From an uncultured archaeon (lineage in GTDB: Archaea > Asgardarchaeota > Thorarchaeia > Thorarchaeales > Thorarchaeaceae), in NCBI GenBank assembly GCA_964610875.1, contig CAZSWP010000009.1, positions 33,058 through 97,057 on the forward strand: a stretch of DNA of 64,000 nucleotides. The letters run 5' to 3'. A model generated the notes under the pieces. The model was not told the DNA's origin and did no database searches. It worked only from the letters and a program-made list of their open reading frames with translations. Numbering within the stretch: position 1 is the stretch's first letter; each line of letters opens with the position of its first letter. The translations under genes and the position numbers were made by a program. Of this stretch, positions 1-8,506 are shown one piece after another.

Positions 1-1232
1 TGAACACTAAATCTGGCAGATAGCATATTGTTTGACTCTCTCTCTAATGTGACTTCATGGACAATCTTCTCTCGTATCAAATCAGAACGCCTGTGTGAAA
101 CTCGTTTTGGAGTTCTCTGTTTTATGGTAACACCGGTCAGCTCTCTCTCTGCTTTTTTCAACATCTCTTCTGTTACTTCGCCTTCGACCCTGATCTTTGC
201 TTTGTACTCCTTTATGTTTTCAGAGGCTTCCAGCTTTAGTCCCTGAGCCTCACTTCTTTCCGACATACGGAGTCCAAGAACCTCAATCTTTTCCGAAGCA
301 TGATGATTGATGACTTTTCGTAATTCATCTAAATCAGGATGACGTATCCTTGGTTCTGACACCTCTAAAACGAATGGTCTTCCCGTTCCTAACATTAGAA
401 CATCGATATCCTCTCTTCCTGCCGCATGCACTTTGAAGCGAGTTCCATTTAGTATTTCGAGCGATGGTGTTCCAATATACTCTGATACCGAATCAGGATA
501 TTTACGACCCGTATTATTACATTCTTCGCACCCTTTTCCTCCACATGATTTACAGTCCCATCGACTTTGTGGTATTCCCCGTACCAGCTTACGGTATCGC
601 CCGTAGATGAACACTGGATTTATCTGAAGTTTGAAATCATCCTGAGCCATATCATAGAGGACTACTACATCAGGCTGTTTGAAGTCCACCTCTTGTGGCA
701 TCATGGTATCGAGATATTTTCCAATTTCTCGATTAAAATCCGACTTGAAAGTCTCTCCATATAACAAGTTGTTATTAGCACGTAGTTCATCCTCTCGTTC
801 TGCCAATTCAGCTATTGGAATAGTGCCTACAAGAAATGTATCGAATTGGATTTCATCTAATTGTTCCATCACACGTTTAGAAATAGATGGAATTCTTTCA
901 AAGACAGAATGGTTGTTTTGAGAACATAAATAGCACGACTCCTTTTTCTCATATTCGATATCATATCGCTTGCATAAGCTACCAGCTTGTTCGGATAGCC
1001 CATTTGAAGCTAGATTCCTTAGAAGATGCACACCGTTCTCTTTCAAGCCAGAACGTATTTGCTCGTCAGCAGTCATTACAAGAACGGTTTTCACTGCTTT
1101 TCCACGTTCATCATTCGTTGTTTCTGTGCTCAACCATGCAAACTGTCTTCCCAGACATTGATCACATAGGACATGGTTATGTAGTAGCTTCTCAGCTTTT
1201 TGTAAAACATCTGATTCTACTACCTTTGCCAT
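1..1232 (-). CDS. pus10: tRNA pseudouridine(54/55) synthase Pus10 (3' end runs off the window)
   Basis: Not in the ORF track. Manual translation from ATG 1232 gives MAKVVESDVLQKAEKLLHNHVLCDQCLGRQFAW..., GRYRKLVRGIPQSRWDCKSCGGKGCEEC and the catalytic FKVHAAGREDIDVLMLGTGRPFVLEV. Confidence 0.95.
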   Translation of the reverse strand, partial: MAKVVESDVLQKAEKLLHNHVLCDQCLGRQFAWLSTETTNDERGKAVKTVLVMTADEQIRSGLKENGVHLLRNLASNGLSEQAGSLCKRYDIEYEKKESCYLCSQNNHSVFERIPSISKRVMEQLDEIQFDTFLVGTIPIAELAEREDELRANNNLLYGETFKSDFNREIGKYLDTMMPQEVDFKQPDVVVLYDMAQDDFKLQINPVFIYGRYRKLVRGIPQSRWDCKSCGGKGCEECNNTGRKYPDSVSEYIGTPSLEILNGTRFKVHAAGREDIDVLMLGTGRPFVLEVSEPRIRHPDLDELRKVINHHASEKIEVLGLRMSERSEAQGLKLEASENIKEYKAKIRVEGEVTEEMLKKAERELTGVTIKQRTPKRVSHRRSDLIREKIVHEVTLERESNNMLSARFSV

Positions 1233-1284
1233 ATAGACATCCCCATTTCATTTGTAGTTGTCTTGGGTCGCGAACAGATACTAA

Positions 1285-1465
1285 TAATCAGGACAAACCT
1301 TGACATTATTGTGTAGGTGCTTATATAGGACCGGTAAGGATATTTTAGTGAGGGTGTCTTGACACACGATCTTACCCTCGCAAAGCCAGTCCCAGTACCG
1401 TTGTCTGGGAGGACAAAGCTTTGGTGTCCAGATTTGTCCAACTTACAATGAACGGTTCTTGATAT
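1285..1465 (+). ncRNA. Putative structured RNA or non-autonomous repeat element, copy 1
   Basis: Homologous to 43033-43210 (42/46 identical over 1412-1457 vs 43160-43205). Long imperfect hairpin 1291-1439 with compensatory changes between copies; G-U pairs mostly favour the + strand. Confidence 0.6.
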
Positions 1466-1481
1466 AGATGTAGCTATGGGG

Positions 1482-2693
1482 CTATACAAATGGATTCAGG
1501 TGTACTATTATTCTAAATGCGAGAAAAATCATTCTTGGGTCCTTGAATATATCAAGAATGACCTTCTTTTGCATATCCATATCTCCTTCACGCTTGATTA
1601 TATTAACAAGTCCAAATTCATTTGCAGATTCGATTAGACGATTTAGTCCAGTATCTGAGAGTGATATGATTGCTCTCTGCGCATAGTACATTGTACGTAG
1701 CTCTTCAATGAATTGACCTCTCCATCTCTTATCATAACTCCTCAAATCAGGCAGCTTGTCTGATAGAAATGTGGCTGCAGTCTTTCCCGCAATTTTAGAT
1801 GTTAGCCCTCCCAATATTACGCCTCCTCCAGTAGTTGCTTTTACAATACCCGCTGCATCTCCTAGAACCATGCTTCGGTTCTTGGCGGTCTCTCTGATTG
1901 GTTTCCCAACCAATACGGTTCCTCCCATACTTCTGGTGATTGTGATATTGCTCAGACGTTCTTTCATGACTCGATGATGTTTAATTGCGGCATCAAGTCG
2001 TTTTTTTGGAAAGTCTTTAGACGCAACACCAATCCTTGCTTTTCTCTCTCCGAGTGGAATGATCCATGCAAAGAATCCTCTTGATATGCGCCTTCCATAG
2101 AACATCTCCACGAAATCAGTGTCAAAATTACCTCCCGTAACTTCATACTGGAATGCAGGTAGTTTTTGTTTCCGTGGGATTATTGGAAACCCCAATTGCG
2201 ATGATATCTTGCATTTTGATCCTTCCGCACTCAATACGATTTTTCCCTGTATGTCTGTTGTTTCATTTCGTAGTAACACTTTGAAAAGGCCAGATTTTTT
2301 TTGTCGTATTACGTTCACATGAGTCCCTGTGAATAACTTAACACCTCTCTCAGTTGCTCTACTTGCTAACCAGCGGTCAAACTCTCTGCGGTCAACTACA
2401 TGTGCTTCACGTTTCCCTCTTTCTACCGTTATATTGGACCCATTAGGAGCGAAAATACGGGCGCCCCGCACAACATGCTGGACGACATCTTTTGGTGGAT
2501 TCAGTCCGAGTCGTTTTAATCCAGTTGAACTGAGAAGTCCCGCACAATGATCTGGCTCTCCAATGACATCATGTTCTTCAAAGATACACACATCGTGTCC
2601 ACTTGCTGCAATCTCCGTTGCTGCAAGTAATCCCGAAGGACCTGCACCTACGATGATAGCATCTCTTTTCAACGGTTTTTCCTCTTGATTCAT
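1482..2693 (-). CDS. Geranylgeranyl reductase family FAD-dependent oxidoreductase (DGGR-like)
   Basis: IVGAGPSG Rossmann motif, HCAG, VDRREFD, FAWIIP, GDAAG..KATTGGG. Start placed at ATG 2693 because the longer ORF overlaps pth2. Confidence 0.9.
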   Translation of the reverse strand: MNQEEKPLKRDAIIVGAGPSGLLAATEIAASGHDVCIFEEHDVIGEPDHCAGLLSSTGLKRLGLNPPKDVVQHVVRGARIFAPNGSNITVERGKREAHVVDRREFDRWLASRATERGVKLFTGTHVNVIRQKKSGLFKVLLRNETTDIQGKIVLSAEGSKCKISSQLGFPIIPRKQKLPAFQYEVTGGNFDTDFVEMFYGRRISRGFFAWIIPLGERKARIGVASKDFPKKRLDAAIKHHRVMKERLSNITITRSMGGTVLVGKPIRETAKNRSMVLGDAAGIVKATTGGGVILGGLTSKIAGKTAATFLSDKLPDLRSYDKRWRGQFIEELRTMYYAQRAIISLSDTGLNRLIESANEFGLVNIIKREGDMDMQKKVILDIFKDPRMIFLAFRIIVHLNPFV

Positions 2694-2759
2694 CCTTACC
2701 AAGACCCTTTTTAATCTCTCACAACTGCCCGGTATAAGAACAACAAATCGGTGATAGCA

Positions 2760-3128
2760 ATGAATGAACGGTCTTTCAAATACAAACAAGTTATTGCTGT
2801 CAGGACAGACATTGGAATGAGTAAAGGAAAGATGGCCGTTCAGGTTGCTCATGGTGCTGTATCTGCGGCTGAGCACTGTAGGGTTTCCAAACAGGAAGTT
2901 TGGAAATCTTGGCTCCATGAAGGACAAAAGAAGGTGGCAGTGAAAGTATCTTCGGAAGAGGAGCTACAGAGTCTACTAAGGGAAGCTGTCAATCATCGCT
3001 TACCTTATGCTCTCATTCGTGATGCTGGAATGACTGAGCTTCCATCTGGAACGGCGACGGTGTTGGGCATAGGTCCTGGAATAGCTGAAGATATTGATAG
3101 AGTGACGGGCGAATTAAAACTCCTATGA
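2760..3128 (+). CDS. pth2: Peptidyl-tRNA hydrolase Pth2
   Basis: KQVIAVRTDIGMSKGKMAVQVAH, GQKKVAVKV, IRDAGMTE, TVLGIGP. Confidence 0.97.
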   Translation: MNERSFKYKQVIAVRTDIGMSKGKMAVQVAHGAVSAAEHCRVSKQEVWKSWLHEGQKKVAVKVSSEEELQSLLREAVNHRLPYALIRDAGMTELPSGTATVLGIGPGIAEDIDRVTGELKLL

Positions 3129-3140
3129 GAGGAACATTAC

Positions 3141-4487
3141 GTGCACGAAGCTAATTTTCCTCTTGAGAAATCCATTGGCATGGAACTCTATAGTACCGAC
3201 TTCGAAGGAATCGGGGGTATTCTGAAACATAGGCCTAGTGATTTTATTGTTGAAGAGATTACCGAAGATGGTAGTGTCCAATCAGTTCATCCGTTTACTA
3301 AAGAAATACGTCCTCCTATTGCAATCAATGGGGCAAGGAAGAAAGCTCGCAATATCCATCTCACTGTTCAGAAAGAGAATCTGACAACGATGGATACTGT
3401 AAATTTGATGTGTGCTGCTCTTCGTCTTTCAAGAAATATGGTTTCATATGCTGGTCTTAAGGATAAAAGAGCCATCACCTGTCAGAGAATGTCTGTTCCT
3501 GTCCAAGTAGAAAATGAACTCAAAGAACTAAAGATTGCAGGAGTACAATTTCGTGATTTCGAATATTCTCGGCAACCTATTAAGATTGGTGACCTATGGG
3601 GTAACCGATTTACCATTCTGCTTCGAAATTCAGATTATGAGCCAGAAACTGTAGTTCAGTATTTCAAAGCAATGGCTAATACTGCCCTCATCAACTTTTT
3701 TGGTGTCCAACGATTTGGTGTAGTAAGACCGGTCACACACAAGATAGGGAAAGCACTGGTGCAGAAAGACTACGAAAAAGCAGCTAAGGTTATTTTATCA
3801 ACTCCGGGGAAGTACGAGTCAGATACTCTTCAGGAAGCACGGAAAAGAATGGAGGATGGTGAATTTTCTGAAACCGTTCTCAAGGAATTGCCTCGGGATA
3901 TGAGATATGAGCGAATCGTTCTCAAGGAATTGATAAACCATCCTAACGACTTCAAGAGAGCCATATTCAAACTATCACCTCGCCTTCAGACTCTCTTTGT
4001 TCATGCTTTTCAATCCTATTTATTCAACAGATTGATCAGCAAGCGTTGTAGACTTGGCATGCCAATTAATAGACCCAGCGTTGGTGACTTCTTGATTGGA
4101 CTTGATGATGCCCACACAGGTCGAGATGATTGGATATTTGTTACAGACCAGAATCTCTCTCAATGTATTGCTCTCACTACTGAGAAAAAATACGGTGTGG
4201 CAATAGTCATACCTGGCTACGCTTCAAAGATGCCAAATACCCGTCAAACAGAATTAGTCAAGAAGACGCTCACAGAAGAGGAGATTTCTTTTGGGGATTT
4301 TCGAAATCCTGAGAATAGACATCTTGATTCACTTGGTGGATTGCACCTTGCTAGTATTGACATAAGAGAGCCCAGAGTAGATATTTTGGAAGAGGGTCCC
4401 CAGTTCTCGTTTAAATTGAGAAAGGGTTCATATGCTACAGTCGTTATGCGCGAGATTATGAAGAATGAACCCGTGAATCGTATCTAA
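3141..4487 (+). CDS. truD: tRNA pseudouridine(13) synthase TruD
   Basis: SDFIVEEI, YAGLKDKRAITCQ, GDLWGNRFTI, NFFGVQRFG, AFQSYLFN, KGSYATVVMRE. Confidence 0.96.
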   Translation: MHEANFPLEKSIGMELYSTDFEGIGGILKHRPSDFIVEEITEDGSVQSVHPFTKEIRPPIAINGARKKARNIHLTVQKENLTTMDTVNLMCAALRLSRNMVSYAGLKDKRAITCQRMSVPVQVENELKELKIAGVQFRDFEYSRQPIKIGDLWGNRFTILLRNSDYEPETVVQYFKAMANTALINFFGVQRFGVVRPVTHKIGKALVQKDYEKAAKVILSTPGKYESDTLQEARKRMEDGEFSETVLKELPRDMRYERIVLKELINHPNDFKRAIFKLSPRLQTLFVHAFQSYLFNRLISKRCRLGMPINRPSVGDFLIGLDDAHTGRDDWIFVTDQNLSQCIALTTEKKYGVAIVIPGYASKMPNTRQTELVKKTLTEEEISFGDFRNPENRHLDSLGGLHLASIDIREPRVDILEEGPQFSFKLRKGSYATVVMREIMKNEPVNRI

Positions 4488-4488
4488 C

Positions 4489-5070
4489 TTATCCAGAACG
4501 ACTTGAAAAGTCCTTCATTCGCTCATCAAATTCGTCAGGTTCCTTTTCATCTTCCTTCTCAATACGTTCATCTTGATATTGGAAGATTACCGATTCACCT
4601 ACAACAGCTGAAACAATCTTTCTGAGTTGGTCCTTAGAGTATTTTATTCTGGATCTATCTTCTGGCCGAAGCATTACTATGCTTTCTTTGAATCCATTTG
4701 GCAAATAGAGACTATTAACGCCCACTTCTACCGCGGGGCGGATAAGATATCTGACGATAGTCCTAAGGTTTGCTGGACCTTTTACAATCATGACATCCCC
4801 ATATTCGTCCTTTAAGGTTTCAAGAAGCTCTTCATCGTCCTCGAGTAATTCTTTGCTCTTTTTCTTGACAACAAGCACAAGTAAGTTGTCCAATTTCAGG
4901 GCTCTTACTAAATTCAAGTCATTAAGGTTGGGGTGCTCCTTTGATAGTTCTAATATCCACTTACAAAATTCGATATCAAAATCTGTGATTTCACCTCTAT
5001 CCAATCGCTCTTGACAATTTGGACAGAGCATATCGGACTCCAAATCAAAGACACATACAGGTAGGCGCAT
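4489..5070 (-). CDS. Archaeal NusA-like KH-domain protein with N-terminal Zn-binding motif
   Basis: N-terminus LPVCVFDLESDMLCPNCQERL..GEITDFD is typical of the archaeal NusA paralog family; lies next to alba. Confidence 0.7.
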   Translation of the reverse strand: MRLPVCVFDLESDMLCPNCQERLDRGEITDFDIEFCKWILELSKEHPNLNDLNLVRALKLDNLLVLVVKKKSKELLEDDEELLETLKDEYGDVMIVKGPANLRTIVRYLIRPAVEVGVNSLYLPNGFKESIVMLRPEDRSRIKYSKDQLRKIVSAVVGESVIFQYQDERIEKEDEKEPDEFDERMKDFSSRSG

Positions 5071-5144
5071 AGACTTATCCTCTCTAAATTAAGGGGCTCG
5101 ATAGTATTCGAGCAGTAATGAAGGCAATATGAGATTTGCGACAA

Positions 5145-5471
5145 CTACTTAGATAATATGATATCTATGGTTGAAACGTTCAAGTCACTACCTTTGTCAG
5201 TTTGAACAGTGGTAGTATCTATGATAATGTCTTTTACTGTCAGTCCTTCGATGAATCTGTGCCTTGTTATCTCTGCAACATCGACTGCTCTGCTAATCAG
5301 TCTCCCTCTTGCTTTGATAACAACTTCTGTAGCTCCTTTGTTAAATAATGTTACACATGCAAGCACATAGCTCATTACATTCTTGGAACCAACTAAGATG
5401 GTAGAATCACCATGCTCGTTGCTCTCATTGTTTTTACTTGTCTTTTCCTCCGCCACACGCAGACTCTCCAC
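5145..5471 (-). CDS. albA: DNA/RNA-binding protein Alba
   Basis: [40 protein letters not shown]. True start may be GTG at 5456. Confidence 0.95.
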   Translation of the reverse strand: MESLRVAEEKTSKNNESNEHGDSTILVGSKNVMSYVLACVTLFNKGATEVVIKARGRLISRAVDVAEITRHRFIEGLTVKDIIIDTTTVQTDKGSDLNVSTIDIILSK

Positions 5472-5677
5472 TAGCTGTCAACGGGTCAACTCATATGTGG
5501 AACATTGTTGCTTCTGATATAGATTTCGTTTACGATAATTCCTGCTTCCAGTGTTTTCGAATGCCTTCATTACCTGAAACACCATTTATGAGTACATACA
5601 TTACTATTGGATAGTGAACCCTCAATCGGAATGCTTTTCTTATGAACAAAGGGCTTTGGGTTTGGATGTCTATATAG

Positions 5678-6946
5678 ATGACAAAACTATCATTCTTAGG
5701 TTCCTGCAGAGAGATTGGTCGCTCTGGTTTTGTTTTAGAAGAAGCTGAAGAGAGCATTCTTGTTGACTACGGTACTAAATTCACAAATCCCCCTTCATTT
5801 CCCGACTTACCACCAATCGAAACTTTACAAGGTGTAACAATCACACATGCCCACCTTGATCATTCAGGAGGCATTCCCCGGGTTCTTGCTCAGGATAGCA
5901 ATATCTCACTTTTTTGCACTCCTGCCACAAGAGACCTCAGTCTATTACTTTGTAGAGATATGCTGAAGATTTCTGGTGGACGCTTACCTTATGATAAAAA
6001 AGACATCACTCGTATACGGCGACAGTATCAACATATGTCCTATGAGGAAACTGTACCATTAGGGCGCCGTTTTGAAATGACATTATTCAATGCTGGTCAT
6101 ATTCCGGGAAGCTCAATGGTTTCTGTGCGTGTTAACGGAAAGCGTATTCTGTTCACTGGAGATTTCAATGCAACAGAATCCAGACTAAATCTCGGTGCAA
6201 GGAAGAACCTGCCCAAACATGATATTGTTGTCACAGAAAGCACATACGCTCAAAGAGTCAATCCTAACAGAGAGGAGATAGAGAAAGCTCTTGTTGACAG
6301 TGTGATCCAAACTCTGGAAAGGGGTGGTGTCGCACTGATTCCCGCTTTTGCTGTTGGTAGAAGTCAGGAGGTCATGTGTATACTTGAACAATATGGCATC
6401 CCTTCAAAGTATCCCATCTATGTTGATGGAATGGCACGAAAAGTGAATGATGTTGTAGTAAAACATCCAGAATATATTGGCTCACCACGTGCTTTTACAC
6501 GAGCTGTCAAGCGAACCCGTGTAATTCGTGATAATCGAGATAGAAACAATGCCATGAAAGGCCCTAGCATTATCATATCACCAGCTGGTATGTTAAAAGG
6601 CGGCGCCTCACATTTATACTTCAAAAAACTACATGATGATGAGAAGAATTCTATCATTCTTGTGTCATTTCAGATTCCAGGCACTCCTGGTGCTCAGCTT
6701 CTGGAAAAAAGAAAGGTCACTATTGGAAACCGTGATTATAGGGTTGAAGCAGATTTATTCTATCATCATCTTAGCAGTCATTCAGACTCAAGAGGAATAA
6801 TGGACATGTTGATGAACATTCCTGGCAATCCAGAGTTTTATGTTGTGCACGGTGAGAGCGAGTCATGTGATAAACTAAAAGAACGAATCGAAAAGAAAGG
6901 TCGAAAAGCATATGTGCCTGAAAGAAATCAAATCTTTGAAATCTAG
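5678..6946 (+). CDS. MBL-fold beta-CASP ribonuclease (aCPSF2-like, no KH domains)
   Basis: FLGSCREIGRS, THAHLDHSG, AGHIPGS, FTGD, TESTY, PAFAVGRSQE, SSHSD, VVHGE. Confidence 0.92.
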   Translation: MTKLSFLGSCREIGRSGFVLEEAEESILVDYGTKFTNPPSFPDLPPIETLQGVTITHAHLDHSGGIPRVLAQDSNISLFCTPATRDLSLLLCRDMLKISGGRLPYDKKDITRIRRQYQHMSYEETVPLGRRFEMTLFNAGHIPGSSMVSVRVNGKRILFTGDFNATESRLNLGARKNLPKHDIVVTESTYAQRVNPNREEIEKALVDSVIQTLERGGVALIPAFAVGRSQEVMCILEQYGIPSKYPIYVDGMARKVNDVVVKHPEYIGSPRAFTRAVKRTRVIRDNRDRNNAMKGPSIIISPAGMLKGGASHLYFKKLHDDEKNSIILVSFQIPGTPGAQLLEKRKVTIGNRDYRVEADLFYHHLSSHSDSRGIMDMLMNIPGNPEFYVVHGESESCDKLKERIEKKGRKAYVPERNQIFEI

Positions 6947-7158
6947 ATTTCTTCTGTCTTTGGTCTCGCTTCTACTATCTGGCAGCTGATATTCTCTAGT
7001 ACCTTTTCAGCCTTCTGGGGTTCAAGAATGATTGTGTAAAGATATTTAGATGTGCGTAGTTTTAGCTTCACTCTGTTGCTTTCCCTTTTTACACGACATT
7101 CAATAGCATCCTCACTCATTTCGAGGAATTGATCAGCATCGTACATTTGCTTTGGCAT
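6943..7158 (-). CDS. rpl38e: Ribosomal protein eL38
   Basis: MPKQ...FLE...ECRVKR...VKLKLRTSKYLYT. Confidence 0.9.
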   Translation of the reverse strand: MPKQMYDADQFLEMSEDAIECRVKRESNRVKLKLRTSKYLYTIILEPQKAEKVLENISCQIVEARPKTEEI

Positions 7159-7185
7159 TCTATTTGTACCCCTTTTGACTGATTA

Positions 7186-7292
7186 TGGTGGGCCGGACGA
7201 GATTCGAACTCGCGATATTGGCGATAATCAAGGGAAGTCCCTGATATATCCGCCGTGTGAAGGCGGCGTCATAGCCGCTAGACCACCGGCCC
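7186..7292 (-). tRNA. tRNA-Val(CAC) with a 31-nt intron in the variable region (7218-7248); CCA encoded
   Basis: Minus strand: GGGCCGG acceptor stem, D arm, CCGCC-TTCACAC-GGCGG anticodon arm, insert, GCGAG-TTCGAAT-CTCGT T arm, CCGGCCC-A-CCA. Confidence 0.93.
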
Positions 7293-7320
7293 TCTCTCGA
7301 GCGGCTTCCCATAGAAGGAA

Positions 7321-7479
7321 CTATGTCTTCTTCCTTCTTTTTGGTCTGAGATCCTTATTCTTGCACTTTCTACACTTTTTCGCGTTCATTGGATTTGTCG
7401 CACCACAGTCCCGACAAATTTTCTTGTATAGCAAATAGTGTTGTGCTAGTCTTCGTTTCTCAATATCGGAAACTGGCAT
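7321..7479 (-). CDS. rpl40e: Ribosomal protein eL40
   Basis: Below the ORF-track cutoff: MPVSDIEKRRLAQHYLLYKKICRDCGATNPMNAKKCRKCKNKDLRPKRRKKT. Confidence 0.95.
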   Translation of the reverse strand: MPVSDIEKRRLAQHYLLYKKICRDCGATNPMNAKKCRKCKNKDLRPKRRKKT

Positions 7480-7583
7480 TTTTTGGACCTCACGATTAGC
7501 TTTTGGACTGATTTGTATTGTGTCCGCTCAGCCCTTCCGATAAGCTAGTCATTTAAACCTATTCCTTTAACAAAATAGATTCA

Positions 7584-7615
7584 GGAGTGGAGGGATACAC
7601 CATTCCCTCTACTCC
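7584..7615. terminator. Stem-loop downstream of sucD (possible terminator or processing site)
   Basis: GGAGTGGAGGGA-N8-TCCCTCTACTCC, 12-bp stem. Confidence 0.45.
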
Positions 7616-7635
7616 AATCTGCTGTAATCTAGTTT

Positions 7636-8505
7636 TCACATGAGATCTTTGAGAATCCGTGCAACATCACTCGGCTTTTCAGCAACCTGTACTCCTGCTT
7701 TATTCAGTGCTTCAATTTTAGCCGCAGCAGTGCCACTACTCCCACTTACAATGGCTCCCGCATGTCCCATTCTCTTTCCTTTTGGAGCAGTGCGTCCTGC
7801 TATAAAACCTACAACAGGCAAGTCATAGTTTTCTTTAATATAAACAGATGCACGTTCTTCTGCATCTCCTCCAATCTCACCAACTAAGACCAATGCTTTC
7901 GTATCCTTATCTGTTTCAAAGAGTTTGACTGCTTCAATTGTTGTTAGGCCAACACATGGGTCGCCTCCCAGTCCAATAGCAGTAGAAATACCAATTTTTG
8001 CATTCGTCATGCCTGCAGCTATTTCGTATGTCAGTGTGCCACTACGTGACATTAACCCCACTTCCCCTGCTGAGAATACATGTCCCGGCATGATTCCTAG
8101 CTTCTGTTTCGCACCAGGCGTGATGATACCAGGAGTGTTTGGTCCGATAATTGCAGTACCTTTGCGCTTAGCCGCATATATCATTCGAATTTCGTCTTGG
8201 ACTGGAACATGCTCTGTGATTACAACAACTGGGTCAAGGTCTGCAGCAATTGCTTCCAGAGCCGCATCCGCAGCAAATGGGGCTGGTACAAAAATCACTG
8301 AGGCTGTGACATCATTCTCTTCTTTTGCTTCGAACACGCTATCATACACGGGAATTCCATGGATTTCTTGTCCACCTTTTCCTGGTGTTGATCCTGCAAC
8401 AATCTTGGTTCCATATTTCAGCATAGCTTCTGTGTGGAAAGTCCCCTGTCCACCTGTGATTCCCTGCACCAATACTCTCGTGTCTTTCTTAACAAGCACG
8501 GCCAT
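7636..8505 (-). CDS. sucD: Succinyl-CoA ligase alpha subunit
   Basis: VQGITGGQG, GPNTPG, SRSGTLTYE, GEIGG, phospho-His motif RMGHAGA. Confidence 0.97.
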   Translation of the reverse strand: MAVLVKKDTRVLVQGITGGQGTFHTEAMLKYGTKIVAGSTPGKGGQEIHGIPVYDSVFEAKEENDVTASVIFVPAPFAADAALEAIAADLDPVVVITEHVPVQDEIRMIYAAKRKGTAIIGPNTPGIITPGAKQKLGIMPGHVFSAGEVGLMSRSGTLTYEIAAGMTNAKIGISTAIGLGGDPCVGLTTIEAVKLFETDKDTKALVLVGEIGGDAEERASVYIKENYDLPVVGFIAGRTAPKGKRMGHAGAIVSGSSGTAAAKIEALNKAGVQVAEKPSDVARILKDLM

Positions 8506-8506
8506 T

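Noticed and set aside
1411-1450. H/ACA guide RNA interpretation (hairpin followed by ACA)
   Set aside because: No clear K-turn or bipartite pocket at the expected distance, and the hairpin is longer than typical archaeal H/ACA units
1220-1489. 89-aa minus-strand ORF across element copy 1
   Set aside because: No equivalent frame in copy 2, overlaps the pus10 start out of frame, and has no motif
2694-2927. N-terminal 78 aa of the listed 481-aa reductase ORF
   Set aside because: Antisense to pth2; the Rossmann motif starts right after ATG 2693
7175-7438. 87-aa plus-strand ORF
   Set aside because: Antisense to tRNA-Val and rpl40e
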